A stretch of DNA of 64,000 nucleotides from Blepharisma stoltei ATCC 30299 (Eukaryota; Protista; Ciliophora), in assembly GCA_965603825.1 (NCBI GenBank), contig CBFDEM010000062.1:806001-870000 (forward strand), read 5' to 3'. The notes under the pieces are model-generated. The model was not told where the DNA came from, did no database searches, and worked only from the letters and a program-made list of their open reading frames with translations. The first letter of the stretch is position 1. Each line of letters begins with the position of its first letter. Below, one piece after another: positions 48,472-60,600 of the stretch. The position numbers and the translations under genes are program-made.

Positions 48472-48720
48472 TTATATTATGGAATTATCAAAACAATAAT
48501 ATATAGAGGAGTTTATATAAAGGCAACACAGACAAAAAACCGAAGATAGTTTAATGATCCTAAAAAGCTCATTAAAGTTTGTGTTTTTGTAATTAATTAT
48601 AAAGCTTTCCTTGAAATATGACTTCAAAATCTTTTTTTGAGCACAAATAATAGGCTGCTTTAATTCGCTACTAGCGGAATTTTCGTTTATATAAACATAA
48701 AAAGGTAAAATTATTCTCAT
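48472..48720 (-). pseudogene. Truncated, decayed duplicate of the 5' end of the adjacent TPR/ZZ gene
   Basis: MRIILPFYVYINENSASSELKQPII versus MRVNVTFYIYINENSNSEEIKQAIL; both loci share ggaattttcgtttatataaa on the + strand. Confidence 0.65.
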
Positions 48721-48969
48721 TTTTACTTATATAAAAATAAGCAAATTTTTAACTATCATGCTATATGCTTCATTATCTTTCTCTATTTAATAATATTAAA
48801 GAATTAGCCTTCTTAACGATAAAGAAACTTATACTGTCACTAAAGCACTAATTTAACTTATTTTAATTTTCAGCCTTCTAGACTTGTCCTTTAGATTTCC
48901 ATTTTAAATCAAAAATCACCCTAAATTTTAGCAATAAAATCAAGAAATCCTACCAATCTAATAATAAAG

Positions 48970-50301
48970 ATGATTAATCAAGCTGAAATCTGTCTAAATA
49001 AAATTGGTTGGGGAAAATACCAAAGAAAAGTCTTCCTATGCTGCAGCGAATCGGAAGCTATGTTCATTGGGGTAGCTATGCTACTCCCAGTCATAGCTCT
49101 CCAGTTCAACGACTACAGCTATACTTTTAAAGGGCTTCTTGGGTTTTTGGTTCATTTCTGTGCCCTTATTGCGTCAAACTATTTTGGGAAAAATATCGCA
49201 ACAGTAAGTCATGTCTCAGTTTTTAAGAACTGGGGAGGCTGGCTAATGGTCTTTGGACTGTTGAGCCTTGTAAGCTCCTCAAGTTATTTATATGTTTTAC
49301 TGTCAATGATCCCAATTGGAGCTGCTGGAGGCGCTGATATGGCTATCAACTACTGTGTCTTATACGAAAGCATACCAATTCAAGATAGAAAATGCTTTAA
49401 TTGGGTTCCTTTTGGCATAAACATACTTGTGACTGCTATATATGTGGCAGTTTTGGGACTCGAAATATATGGATTAGTCCAAAATTGGAAAATCATTGTT
49501 TTGGCACTATTGCTGATACATATAGGTTTTTCTTTAGTAAGACTTAGCTTGGTAGAAGGGCCGCTTTATTTGTACCTACAAGGGAAAAAAGAAGAGTTTA
49601 AAAAGTCAATCAAAACTGTAACTTATAAATAGATTGTAATTGAAAATGGGCTCAAAGACACTAATATCGAAGAATCAGTCGCATTTGAAAATAAACAAAT
49701 AGATTGGTGCGATACATTTGGAGAACTCTTTAAGGACCCTTTATCGTCCTCTACTTTTAAACTAATGCAAATGTTCTTCTGCGCCTTTTTTGCTATAGAA
49801 GGCTTAGTCATGTTTATGCCAAGTCTTATTATATCAAGCAGTAAAACAGAAATTTTCACTTGTTTAGCGGTCATTGAAATTTGTGGGCTGCTTTTAAAGG
49901 TTTTAACTGAAGTTTTTACTTTTAGCAAAACATTTAGAAAAGCATTGGTAATTTTAAGCTATTTCTCAATGGGTTTGGTAATCCTAAGCTTTGCTTATGC
50001 AAAGGAATTTAATTCCAATTTGTGTAGCAGCGTGCTTTATGGGATTGCATCAAGTATTGGGATACATGGACTTTATTCTTTAGTCCAAGACCAATTTCCC
50101 CTAAAAAATAGTGGGCCTGCGTTCAGTGTGATGGGGTCGATGGGGACTGCTGGGAATATGATCGGATCGTTGACTTCAGGAATTGCTTTGGATTATTTGG
50201 GTGGGCTTTATGTAATTATTGGAAATTCAATATTATTGGGGATGACGGGGCTAATTGGGCTAACCTTAAAAGCAATACCTAATGAAAAGAAGACTAATTA
50301 G
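48970..50301 (+). CDS. Major facilitator superfamily transporter (SV2/SVOP-like), one 15-nt intron, 438 aa
   Basis: LNKIGWGKYQRK N-terminus, roughly 12 hydrophobic segments, LVEGPLYLYLQGK loop, QDQFP motif; intron 49618-49632. Confidence 0.85.
49618..49632 (+). other. 15-nt intron (GTAACTTATAAATAG)
   Basis: Phase 0 with an in-frame TAG; joins the two halves of the MFS protein. Confidence 0.9.
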
Positions 50302-50486
50302 TATTAATTAAACAATAATTTAGTCTTTTATTGAGAAATCTCTGTAATAAATACAATTGACTATTTATTAATTAGTAGAAGCCTATTTTATAAATTAAAA
50401 CACAATTTCAATATATTTTTTGGTTTATTTAATAATAGCAATGGAAATTTATCTAATTTAAAACAAAATGATAATAAATTCGAAAA

Positions 50487-51822
50487 ATGGAAAACACAGC
50501 TGGAAATTATCTGACAAAAATAGGCTGGGGAAATTATCAAAGAAAAGCACTCCTTTGTGCATTAGAATCTGAAGCACTGATTATCGGAATATTAATGCTA
50601 TTACCAACTATAGATATTAATTTTAAAGCATTATTAAACACAGAAAAATCTATTTCAGCATGTATAATGAGCTTAAGTGCTATATTGACATCAAGCTATT
50701 TTGTAAGGAACCTTCAGAAAATAAGCCATATTGATATTTATAAAAATTTCGGGTATCTACTATTATTCGGATTGATAATCCTCTTATTTGCCTCATCAAT
50801 TTTAGAAATTTACATATCAATGATTGTAATAGGAATCGGACTAGGAGGCGATTTTACGTTTAATTTTCACATTCTTTGTGACAGTTCTCCAATAATAGGA
50901 AGATCCCATTACAAATGAATATCCGTTGGAATTGATTTTATTAATATTTTTATTTACAGTGGGGTATTTGTTTTAGCATACTACAAAATTGATATTTTTC
51001 CTTATTGAAAAGTCATAGTGTTTTTCTTAATAATCATTCACTGCATTTTTATGTATCTTCGGTCCTCATTAGTTGACGGGCCTTTATTGCTGTATCGTCA
51101 AGGCAAAAATGAAGAGCTTAAAAATGCTTTAAAAACAGTAAAAAATATATTAGATTGCTGTAGAAAATGAAATAAAAGACTTTAATGTCGATTTAAATGA
51201 ATTCGAAAACCACTCAGCTCCAATTCAATGCAGCTTAGGAGACTTTTTTATGCCACCTTTATCGTCAGCGACTTTTAAACTGTCAATAGTGACTGTTTTA
51301 ACCTTCTCAAGCTTTATAGGCTTTGGACTATTTATTCCTGAGTTAATATTAGCCCCAAGCCATTCTCAAAAAATTGGGATTTTGGCTGTTATGAGATTTT
51401 ACAGCCTAATGGGGAAATTTCTATCTTCCATGGGAATTGGTAGCGAATTTAATAGGAAAGTTTCGTTTCTTATATCAAGTTTCGCCGTTGGAGCTTGTGT
51501 TTTAAACTTCTCTAATTCGACTGAATTTTATCACTATATAAGATACAGCGTGATTTATGGAGCTTCTTCAAGCATCTCAACCGTAGCTCTTTATTCTTTA
51601 ATCCAAGATAATTATTTGCCTGAATACTGAGGACTGGCTTTTATGCTGAAGAATTGTATGGAATCTATTGGAAGTATTTTTGGTACAATTCTATTTGGGA
51701 CCGTTTTTAGTTCCGTTGGATCTGCATCTGCTCTTATTTGGATTGGTTCGGCTTCTATTTTGGCAGGACTGATAGGACTAAGCTTTGAAATAAAATCAAG
51801 CAATGAAAATAAAAGCAACTAA
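50487..51822 (+). CDS. MFS transporter, tandem paralogue, one 16-nt intron, 439 aa
   Basis: LTKIGWGNYQRK, LVDGPLLLYRQGK, LYSLIQDNYLP. TGA=Trp at 50916, 51006 and 51628; intron 51138-51153; TAA at 51820-51822. Confidence 0.85.
51138..51153 (+). other. 16-nt intron (GTAAAAAATATATTAG)
   Basis: Same KT|I position as the paralogue's intron; its removal is needed to restore the frame. Confidence 0.88.
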
Positions 51823-51882
51823 ATTATTTTATAAAATTTTGATTTTCTAAGAATTTTATTACATTTTTACAATAATTAGTCA

Positions 51883-53289
51883 TTAGCAAAATGCATTAAA
51901 CCCATACTTCATGCTCCCATTTTCTATTTGGTCTACAGTATTAAGTATCCCATACAAAGGAATCCCGATCAAGCTTATAACCATAGTAATCGCCAAAAGC
52001 AAAACAATAAAAGACACTCTTTTGTATTTCTGCACAGTTTTCAGGATCAAAAAAGTTCCTATTGATGACCCAGAAATGGCTGACACAAACATCCATATCC
52101 CATAAGAGTAATTAATTTGGCCTGATATGATATATTGGAATATAGATACAAGTGATGTAAAGCATACAATAAAAGAGGAAGAGGCTGTAGAGACTTCTGG
52201 CCTAATTCCAAGATTCAATAGTATTGGGTTCATTATAACCCCTCCTCCTAGTCCTAATAGGCTTGCTATCAGTCCTGAAACCATAGTAACAAAACTGACC
52301 AAAGTCGCATTCTTTTTGTTCCATTTGATATCATTAGAGTCAAAATCATAATTTAATTCAATTTTTTTATGTACTTTTTTGATAGCAAAATATTCAGCAA
52401 TTCCTCCTAAAAGTAATAAAAATATAGCAAAAATTGCAATATAGATTCAATACCAATGGCTGCATTGGGAAAACCCTAAAATTGACTTAAATCCTTTTCC
52501 TCCTTTCATAAGAGAGCCTAAAATTGCACAAATAAAGATAAAAATGATGGCCGCAAACTCTCGATATAAAATTATTTTTTCTTCTTGATGGTAAATTTTT
52601 TGTAGCTCAGGATTTATTTCGTTTACTAAAGAATGCTGAGAACTTGGTGGTTTTGCCTCGCTGAGATCCTGATTATCACTATTTGCATTGCCTTCAGGGT
52701 AAAACTCCCTTGTTTGGATTTGGTTAGGCTTTGCTGGCAATGTTTTCCTTTGGAGCTTTTCTTTTTTATAAAGCCTGATGAATTTTTGTATAGAATTATA
52801 AGAGAGGAATACAAGAAGTACTGTGAGGAGAGATAAAATAATATATGATGGAAATCCTTTGTTTAAGATTACACCAAATGTTCCACCAAGCAGCATAGGG
52901 GATATTATAAACATAATCATCTCATAGTTAATTAGAGGACGGATTTTGGTTGGGTGTCTTGATGGGATCTGGATTAATACTGTGGTCAAGCTTCCTCCAA
53001 AAACTACTATTTGTGATAAAGGGACTGCTGATTGTGTGTCAAATCCAAAAAATACTAAGCACATAAGGACATTCAGTGCACCGCCACCAACTCCTGATGC
53101 GTTTGATAATGCGCTGGCCAAAACAAGCAATATGGTCCCACCAATTTCTATATCAGCGACTGGAAAAAGATCTTTGTGTGTGCATTTTTTGTCTTCACAT
53201 TTATTAAGACCATGACAGTCGCTATCTTTTTGACAAGATTCGCATCTGCATAAAATAATTAAAGAAAGTAAAATAATAGCAGTCTTCAT
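51883..53289 (-). CDS. TauE/SafE (DUF81) sulfite-exporter-family membrane protein, 468 aa
   Basis: Two ORFs joined by TGA 52447. Duplicated motifs SNASGVGGG and SLLGLGGGVIMNPILL; RHP...RPLINY; PEVSTASS; signal peptide plus short Cys-rich N-terminus. Confidence 0.9.
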
Positions 53290-54538
53290 TCAGAAAATTA
53301 TAAATGGAGTATGGCTATGCATGAAATCAGCATTTTCTATTACTGATTTTCCATATTTAATTTTGCCATTTAAATATACTGGTTTTTAACTGGGAATTTT
53401 TTTTGAGACTTAAGAAATTCTATATCAGGCTGGTATAAATTTATTTATAAGAAGCATTTAAATTTAAATAAGTTTAAAGTTGGTAAATTCATTATATTTT
53501 TGCTAAAGACAAAAATTATTGCTTTAAATTATAAATAGCGCAATCTTTTTGACTCAAATGCATTGAAAATCAGGAAATTAATATTTATTATGATGCTGCC
53601 GATGGCAAAATGGACTGCTCTGCTTTAGAAATAAACAAATAATGCTAGATTTAGCAGCTCAGCTTTCTTATTATTCAATACCTAATAATATTAATTAAAT
53701 AAAGAAAGAAAAGTTAGAAATTATAATTGCCTAATTTAGAATTTTAAAGAAAAACAAGCTGATTGTGGAAAAGAAGTGAGATATACCAGATATTTGCAGC
53801 AAGTCTTAATCACTCACTATGGGGAAAGGTGGAAATCTTTGAATTTTTAGTCTATCGATATTGAAAAAGAGCTTTAAATAATTATGCTTCATCCGAAAAA
53901 TTATGAATTGGTATTTTCTCAAGTTATCTTATATATTATTTTACTGCTAATCAATATCAGCCCTTCTCTTGTTTGCTTTAAAAACTATTTTGAAAGAATT
54001 TTTCCAGCATTTAACCACACTCCGTCAACAATTCCTCCAGCAACTCCACCAAAAATCCACAAAGAATTCCACCAATAACTCCCCCATCAACTCCACAAAT
54101 AATCTATGCAGCCATTTCAGTAATTCAAAAATCCCAGCAATCATTAACTCCAATACTTGCAGCATAAGTATTTTCCATAAAATAAATTATGTCTACTCCT
54201 ATCCAGTGTAGTCTCTTACAGCTAGTTTTACCACTTCACCTTTAATTTTCCATTTCACCCACCAAAATTAAAATCTGATCCCTTTTAATGGGCTCTTATG
54301 CATTTAAGTTCACCATATTACAGCACTTGGACATCCTTCTTCGTGATCTTCTACTTCATCTCCTAATTCTTCAAAGTCAGGCTGAAAGCTTGATCCATGC
54401 ATCATCTACATAGCCTTATTGCTTTTTTTTTGCATTTCTCTGCTCTTCCGATGTTGGCTCATAAATTCATAACTATTTTACTATAAATAAATATTAAGTC
54501 GCTAATTATTAGTCTAAATTTCCTAAACTTTGCTTATC

Positions 54539-57169
54539 TTACCCACAATTAGTTATGTCTACTCTTGTTAACTTACTTGATGAGGACTTCTGGCACATGG
54601 CATTAAATGTATTTGCCAGCAACTCTAACTGCTCAGCAGACAGTTCACTCTTCATTCTTAGATAAAGAAATGGCAAATAATGGGCGTCACATCTTGCATA
54701 CTCTAGCATCGGCTTTGGGATCGGCCTGATTCTCCAATCAGCGATTTGAAAAGTCTTATCAATTTTAATTCCCAAATAAATATTAATTAAAGACGCCAGT
54801 GACTGTGCCTCGATTTCCCCAGCAATTATTTTGTAAGCTCTTGCAGTGTCAAAAATATTCACTGCAAAAGCGGAAAAATCATTTTGCAGCCATGCTAGGT
54901 CAGAATCTGAGCCATGGAAAATTTTGAGTTTTTCTTGATCAAGCATTAAATTTCTTAAAAATTCTCCAATGTTTTTTCTATTGGTAAGCAAATCGACCAC
55001 AAAGTCTTTTTCGCCTGAAGAAATCTGGACTAGGCAAATGCAACCTTTTTTAGCGTCAAAATTGTGGTACTCTAAATCAAAACCTATAACTTTAATGTCC
55101 TGGAAATAAGACTTCATGCTTTCCAGTAACTCTTGTGTGTCTACCCAAATGGTTTCAGTTTCTTTAATTTCTTTAAGGGTAGCGTTTATGCTATAGAAAT
55201 TATTCTGCATTTCTTCCAGAGTCAAAGGATGCTTGGGAACTGGCTCTGAAGTTTCTGTAAATTCAATATTTTTGACATAGCTGAAAATCTCTTTTTGGGA
55301 AGCCTGCTTATAAAGGTCTCTTAAAAGTGCTGAAAAATAAGGGAAATTGTGAATTTCTGATATCATGATGGCGTTTAAGCCTTCTTTATCTTCTAAAGTT
55401 ATATACTGGATAGGATCTCAAGCCATTTTTACTAAATTCGCAGCGATTTGGCATTTCCCATATCTTGCAGCAATATGCAAAGCAGTTTGTCCTGTGCTTT
55501 CATCAGTTTTCTTTCACAATTCGTTGTCTTTTTCTATCATTTTTAAAGCCAAAGCTTCATTTCCTTTCGATATAGCTAAATGCAAAGCTCTTGCAGTCGG
55601 ACTCAACTGGCTTAACAAATCATTTATTTCTAACCTAAACTCAATCCCCATCTCCAAAATTTCATTCGGGATTTCCTTATCCCACTTTCCCAGTACCAGA
55701 TCCGCAATTTTCTTACTCCTTCTAAGCCCAAGCCTCAACTCTTCCAAGTTTATATCCCTTTTCGAATTTTCCAAAACCCACAAGGTATTTTCATCATTTC
55801 CTTCTTCTAAACAATAAGAAATGAAATCATCAGGATTCCTTGACGAGTAACTAAACAATTTTTGTATTATAGGAAATTTGCCGTCTTTTAAGCCAATTTT
55901 TATAGTATTTTCGTCACATATAGCATTTCGTGACAGTAAAAGATCAACAACTTTTTCTTTATTAAAATGAATAGAGTCTTCAAGGGAAGTCCAGCCATTT
56001 TTGCATTTGGAATTTATATCAACTCCATAGTCAAGCAAAATCTGGACACAATCCACATGTCCGCGGTAGCAAGCTTGATGAAGAGGTGGGTATCCATAGG
56101 AGTTTTGGTGATATACGTTCCCTCCTCTAGCTATTAAAAGTTTTAAAGAATTCTCTGCCTTTGTAGAGGCAGCTATACATAAAGGGGTATTCCCAGAATC
56201 GTCCATAGCTTCTATATCAGCTCCATGGTCTAATAAAAGTTCAGCAGCTTCAGGACAGTCATTTGAATTTTTTCCCATTTTTTTATGAAGTCTCCCTCCT
56301 GCGCAGCCCCATACTGCATTATGTAAAGGCGTCCTTAATTTACCATCAGGCGTATTCAGTTGTATCTCTGGGATTTTTAATAAATATTTTATAATATCGA
56401 TCGCGCCATTCCATGCAGCTTTACTCAAAGCAGTCCTCCCCAGAATAGTTCTAGCATTAGCATCACATCCTTTTTCTATCAAAATATCCAAAATATCAAG
56501 CCTTTGTGCGCTTGCAGCCCAAAAAAATAGGGACCTTTTTTGGTTTTCTATGTGAAATACATTAGCTCCCAGCGTAACCAAATACTTAAACATCTCAATA
56601 TTTTTGCATTTTACTGCATAAAAAATTGGGGTTAGTCCTTCTTCGTCTAAAGTCTCAATGCTTGCCCCGTTTTCTATTAATTTGTTTAAAGCTTCGAAAT
56701 TTCCGAGCTTGCAGGCTATGTGGATAGGTCTTGGTCCTTCACATATAGAATCTCTGGCATTTATATTGACAAGACCTAGGAGACTTTGAAATTTTTTCAT
56801 GTCGTTGGATTTTAAGGCCTCAATGAGTCTGGAATCGATGATCTCAGCATGTTTTTTGTAAATTTCATAACTTTCGTCAGGAAAAATAGTAAAAATGTGA
56901 TGGAACCAGCGGCAGAGATGCTGGGGCTTTAATTTGCTGGTGAGGAGCTTGGCAAAGGATGGGATATTTTTGAGCTTGTAGGCGAGGTAGAAATCTTCTG
57001 AGGAGAGCTGAGGACCAGTGAGGAAGGTTTTTGAGAGGAGATATTCATTTATGTAGCCATAAGAAAGGTGAGGCTTCTCGTAATTAATAGAATCAATGAA
57101 GGAAACCCATTCAGAGCTTGGTGGACGAGAATTGCAAAATTTTGAAAGCGCTTCTTGATACCAATCCAT
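54539..57169 (-). CDS. GST-C-like + ankyrin-repeat + RRP6/RNase D-like DEDDy 3'-5' exonuclease fusion protein, 876 aa
   Basis: Two track ORFs join in frame through TGA 55514 and a second TGA in the linker, which itself encodes an ankyrin (GQTALHIAARYG). Exonuclease motifs GFDLEYH, CLVQISS, FHGSDSDLAWLQNDF, NIFDT, FQIADWRIRP, YARCDAHYL. Confidence 0.88.
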
Positions 57170-57625
57170 GTTAATTGGGAGATCTAATAAAAGCCTTTTT
57201 TTAATAAATAGGTGAATAATTAGTTATAAGAAAATAATAATATCTCAGCGGGTCTCAATTATATAAGGTAACTTAAAAAACAATAATTATTTGTCAATTA
57301 TTTTTGGGGCAGATTCTCTTAATAACATTTTTATATGAATTTCTGCATAATCTCAAAAAGCCAAAGGCTTATGGATTTAAAGTAATAGTAATACTTGAAT
57401 TTTCAGAATTTAGCATATAATACTTCATATCTATCACTAATTTTTCCGTGTATTCTATAAAGGCTTGAAATTTCATCAAAGTTTGGCAGCAAGTTTCAGC
57501 ATAGCTTGGAGAAGTTGACCAATCATAATTTCTAAGTTCTAAGAACTAAACAAATATTAAAGTTTATAGCTAAAAAGATAAAAATTGTATAAGGCGAGCT
57601 TAGGATATAGTAAGTCTATTAATAT

Positions 57626-60600
57626 TTAGATTAAGTAGAAGAAACTTACGAATCCTAGTAATAACCAGGAAATTCCTAACTCCAAAGCTCCAGAGCTTCT
57701 ATCAATGCAGGTATCAGTTGAATTGCTGAATCTCTTAGAAGTACCTATACAAGAGCAAGTGCCATTCCTATTATTAACCATATTATCAGCGTCATAACAA
57801 TCCAAGCAGTTATTCTTTGCCTGGCAATTGCTGCAAGTTTCATCACATTTCTGACAAGTTTGTGTATCTTCATCAGCATACGTATGCAAAGGACAGGAGC
57901 ATTGATGCGTCGTAGGATTAAACGTCTGCAGTTCATAAGAGCACACGCAATTTCCTTTCCCAGTATTCGTCATATTTGCCTCAAAGCACTGTGTACAAAA
58001 AGTGGCGCTTCCACAGACTTCACATCCAGACTGACACTGAGTACAAGTGTCTACATTTTCATAGAACCCAGAATTGCAAATACAATTAGGATCATTCTGC
58101 TTGAAGCCGGCATTTGGGTCATTACAAACACAAATTCCATTTTTAAGGGTTGAATGAGGGTCAGAGCAGGTCTGGCAGTTATTGGCAGCTGTACAAGTAA
58201 CACAGCCAGCAGGGCATTGGTCACAGGTATTTCCATTTTGATAGTAGCCTACAGAGCATACACAGGTCTGGGTGGCTGAGTTATAAGTCCAAGCTGGAGT
58301 CCCATTACATAAGCAAGCTCCATTAATTAACGACTGCTGGGCCGTGTCAAAGCATTGAGTGCATTCAACTGCTGAGTTGCAGGTCTTACAGCCTAAAGAG
58401 CAAGCTACACAAGTGCTTCCATTCTGGAAGTATCCATTATTACATACGCAAAGGTTCTGGTTATCATTAAAAGTTGAATTAGGATCGTCACATGAACAAC
58501 TCCCATCACTATCAATAGTCATATTAGGGTCCCAACAAGTCTGACAATTAGCTAAGCTTGTACATACCTTGCATCCTTCTGAGCATGAAGTACAGATTCC
58601 TGAGTTATTAGGGTCGCTGAAATACCCAGCGTTACAGACACACATATTAGTGCTAGGGCTAATATAAGCATGCTCATCATTACAAATGCATTGATTTAGC
58701 TGTGAATTATAAGCTGCTTTAGGATCATAACATGCCTGACAAGATGCAGGGGAATTACAAGTTTTGCAACCATTAACACATGGAGAGCATACAGTGTTTG
58801 AAGAGAAAAAGTACCCTTCATTGCAGACACAAGCGTTATTTGATAAAGTAGACTCATCTGGACATGCGCAAGTAGGGGCTGATGACATATGGGTGGAGTC
58901 TATACATGTGGCACAGTTATTAGAGGACACAGTGCATGTCGCACATTGAGTACCACAAGCTGAGCATTGAGTGGAGGAGCTAAAATAATACCCAGTGTTG
59001 CAGACACAAGCAGCCTCAACAAGAGTTGATAAAGCGGGGCATGCACAGGCTGGGGCTGCTGACATATGAGTTGAGTCAGTACAAGTTAAGCAATTATTTA
59101 AAGATGTTACACAGGAATTACAGTTTGGAGCACATGCAGAGCATACTGTATCAGAACTGTAAAAATAGCCAACATTACATACACAAGTTTGGCCTTGCAA
59201 AGCCCCATTTGTGGGACAAGAGCAAGTAGGGGCAGCTGACATGTGGGTAGGATCAATACAAGCTGTGCAGGTCGCTGAGTTAGTTTGACAAGTGGCGCAC
59301 TCAGGGTCACAAGCAGAACAGACTGTATTGGTGCTGTAATAGTACCCTGCATTGCACTGACAAGCAGCTCCTACTAAAGCTCCATTAGTTGGACAAGAAC
59401 AGTTAGGCGTTGCTGACATATGGGTGGGATCAGAGCATGTCACACAATTAGCTGCTGAATTTCTGCAAGTTGCGCATTGGCCACTACAAGCTGTGCAAGT
59501 ACTTCCACTCAGCCAGTATCCATTAGCACAAGAAGTGCAAGATGTTGAAGACCCAGAACATGCGGTGCAAGTAGGATCGCAAGCTATGCAGTTATTGCCG
59601 CTGAGGTAGTATCCAGCAACGCAGGATTGACAAGTTTGGGCAGTGCCTGAACATTGTAAACAAGGAGTTTGGCAGGTATCGCACGTCCCACCGTTGTTGA
59701 AATAGCCGCTATTGCAGATGCAGACTTTTGATTCGACTACAAAAGATGCGTTAGGGTCTTTGCATGTGCAGGTGTTGGTGGTTGGGTTAAGATTCATGTT
59801 ATTTATGTCATTGCAGACTGTGCAGGTAGTTGCAGATGTAGAGCATTGGGCGCATGGTGGGTTACAAGCAGAACACGTGTTTTGATTTAGCCAAAATCCA
59901 TTAACACAAGCCGTACAAGTAGATATAGATGTCGAGCATTGTGTGCAAGGCAATTCGCATGCTGTGCACTCTCCAGCTATACTTGTAAATCCTGAATTAC
60001 ATTGGCAAGTTGCAGTTCCAGTATTAAAAGACGCATTTGGATCAGTGCATGTGCAAGTTCCATCAACATTTAAAGTCATGTGTTCTGAATCATCGCAAGA
60101 CTGGCATGTAGTTGGAGAATCACTGCACGTGGCGCAAGGCGCTGTACAGGTTGTGCAAACGTTTCCGTGGAGGTAATAACCATTGATGCAATTGGTACAT
60201 GTATTAGATGATGTAGAGCATTCAGAGCATGGCGAATTACATGCGGAGCAAACTGTAGGTGTGCTATAATAAAATCCAGGGCTGCATACACAACTTCCAC
60301 CAGTCAAAGCGCTATTTTCAGGACAGCTGCAAGCTGGAGCAGCTGTTGTATGAGTTGTGTCAGTACAGGTCAGGCAATTAGTATTTGAATTGGCACATGT
60401 TGCGCATTGAGAAGCACAGGCAGTACAAGTAGTGGCTGATGAAAAGAAATATCCGGTGTTGCAAGTACAAGTTGTTTCTGTTAGTGAACCATTAGCTGGG
60501 CATGCGCATGCAGGAGCTGCTGACATGTGAATGGTATCAGAACATGTTAAGCAGTTTCCTGCGTTATTTTGACATGTAGCACAGTTTGTATTACAAGCAG

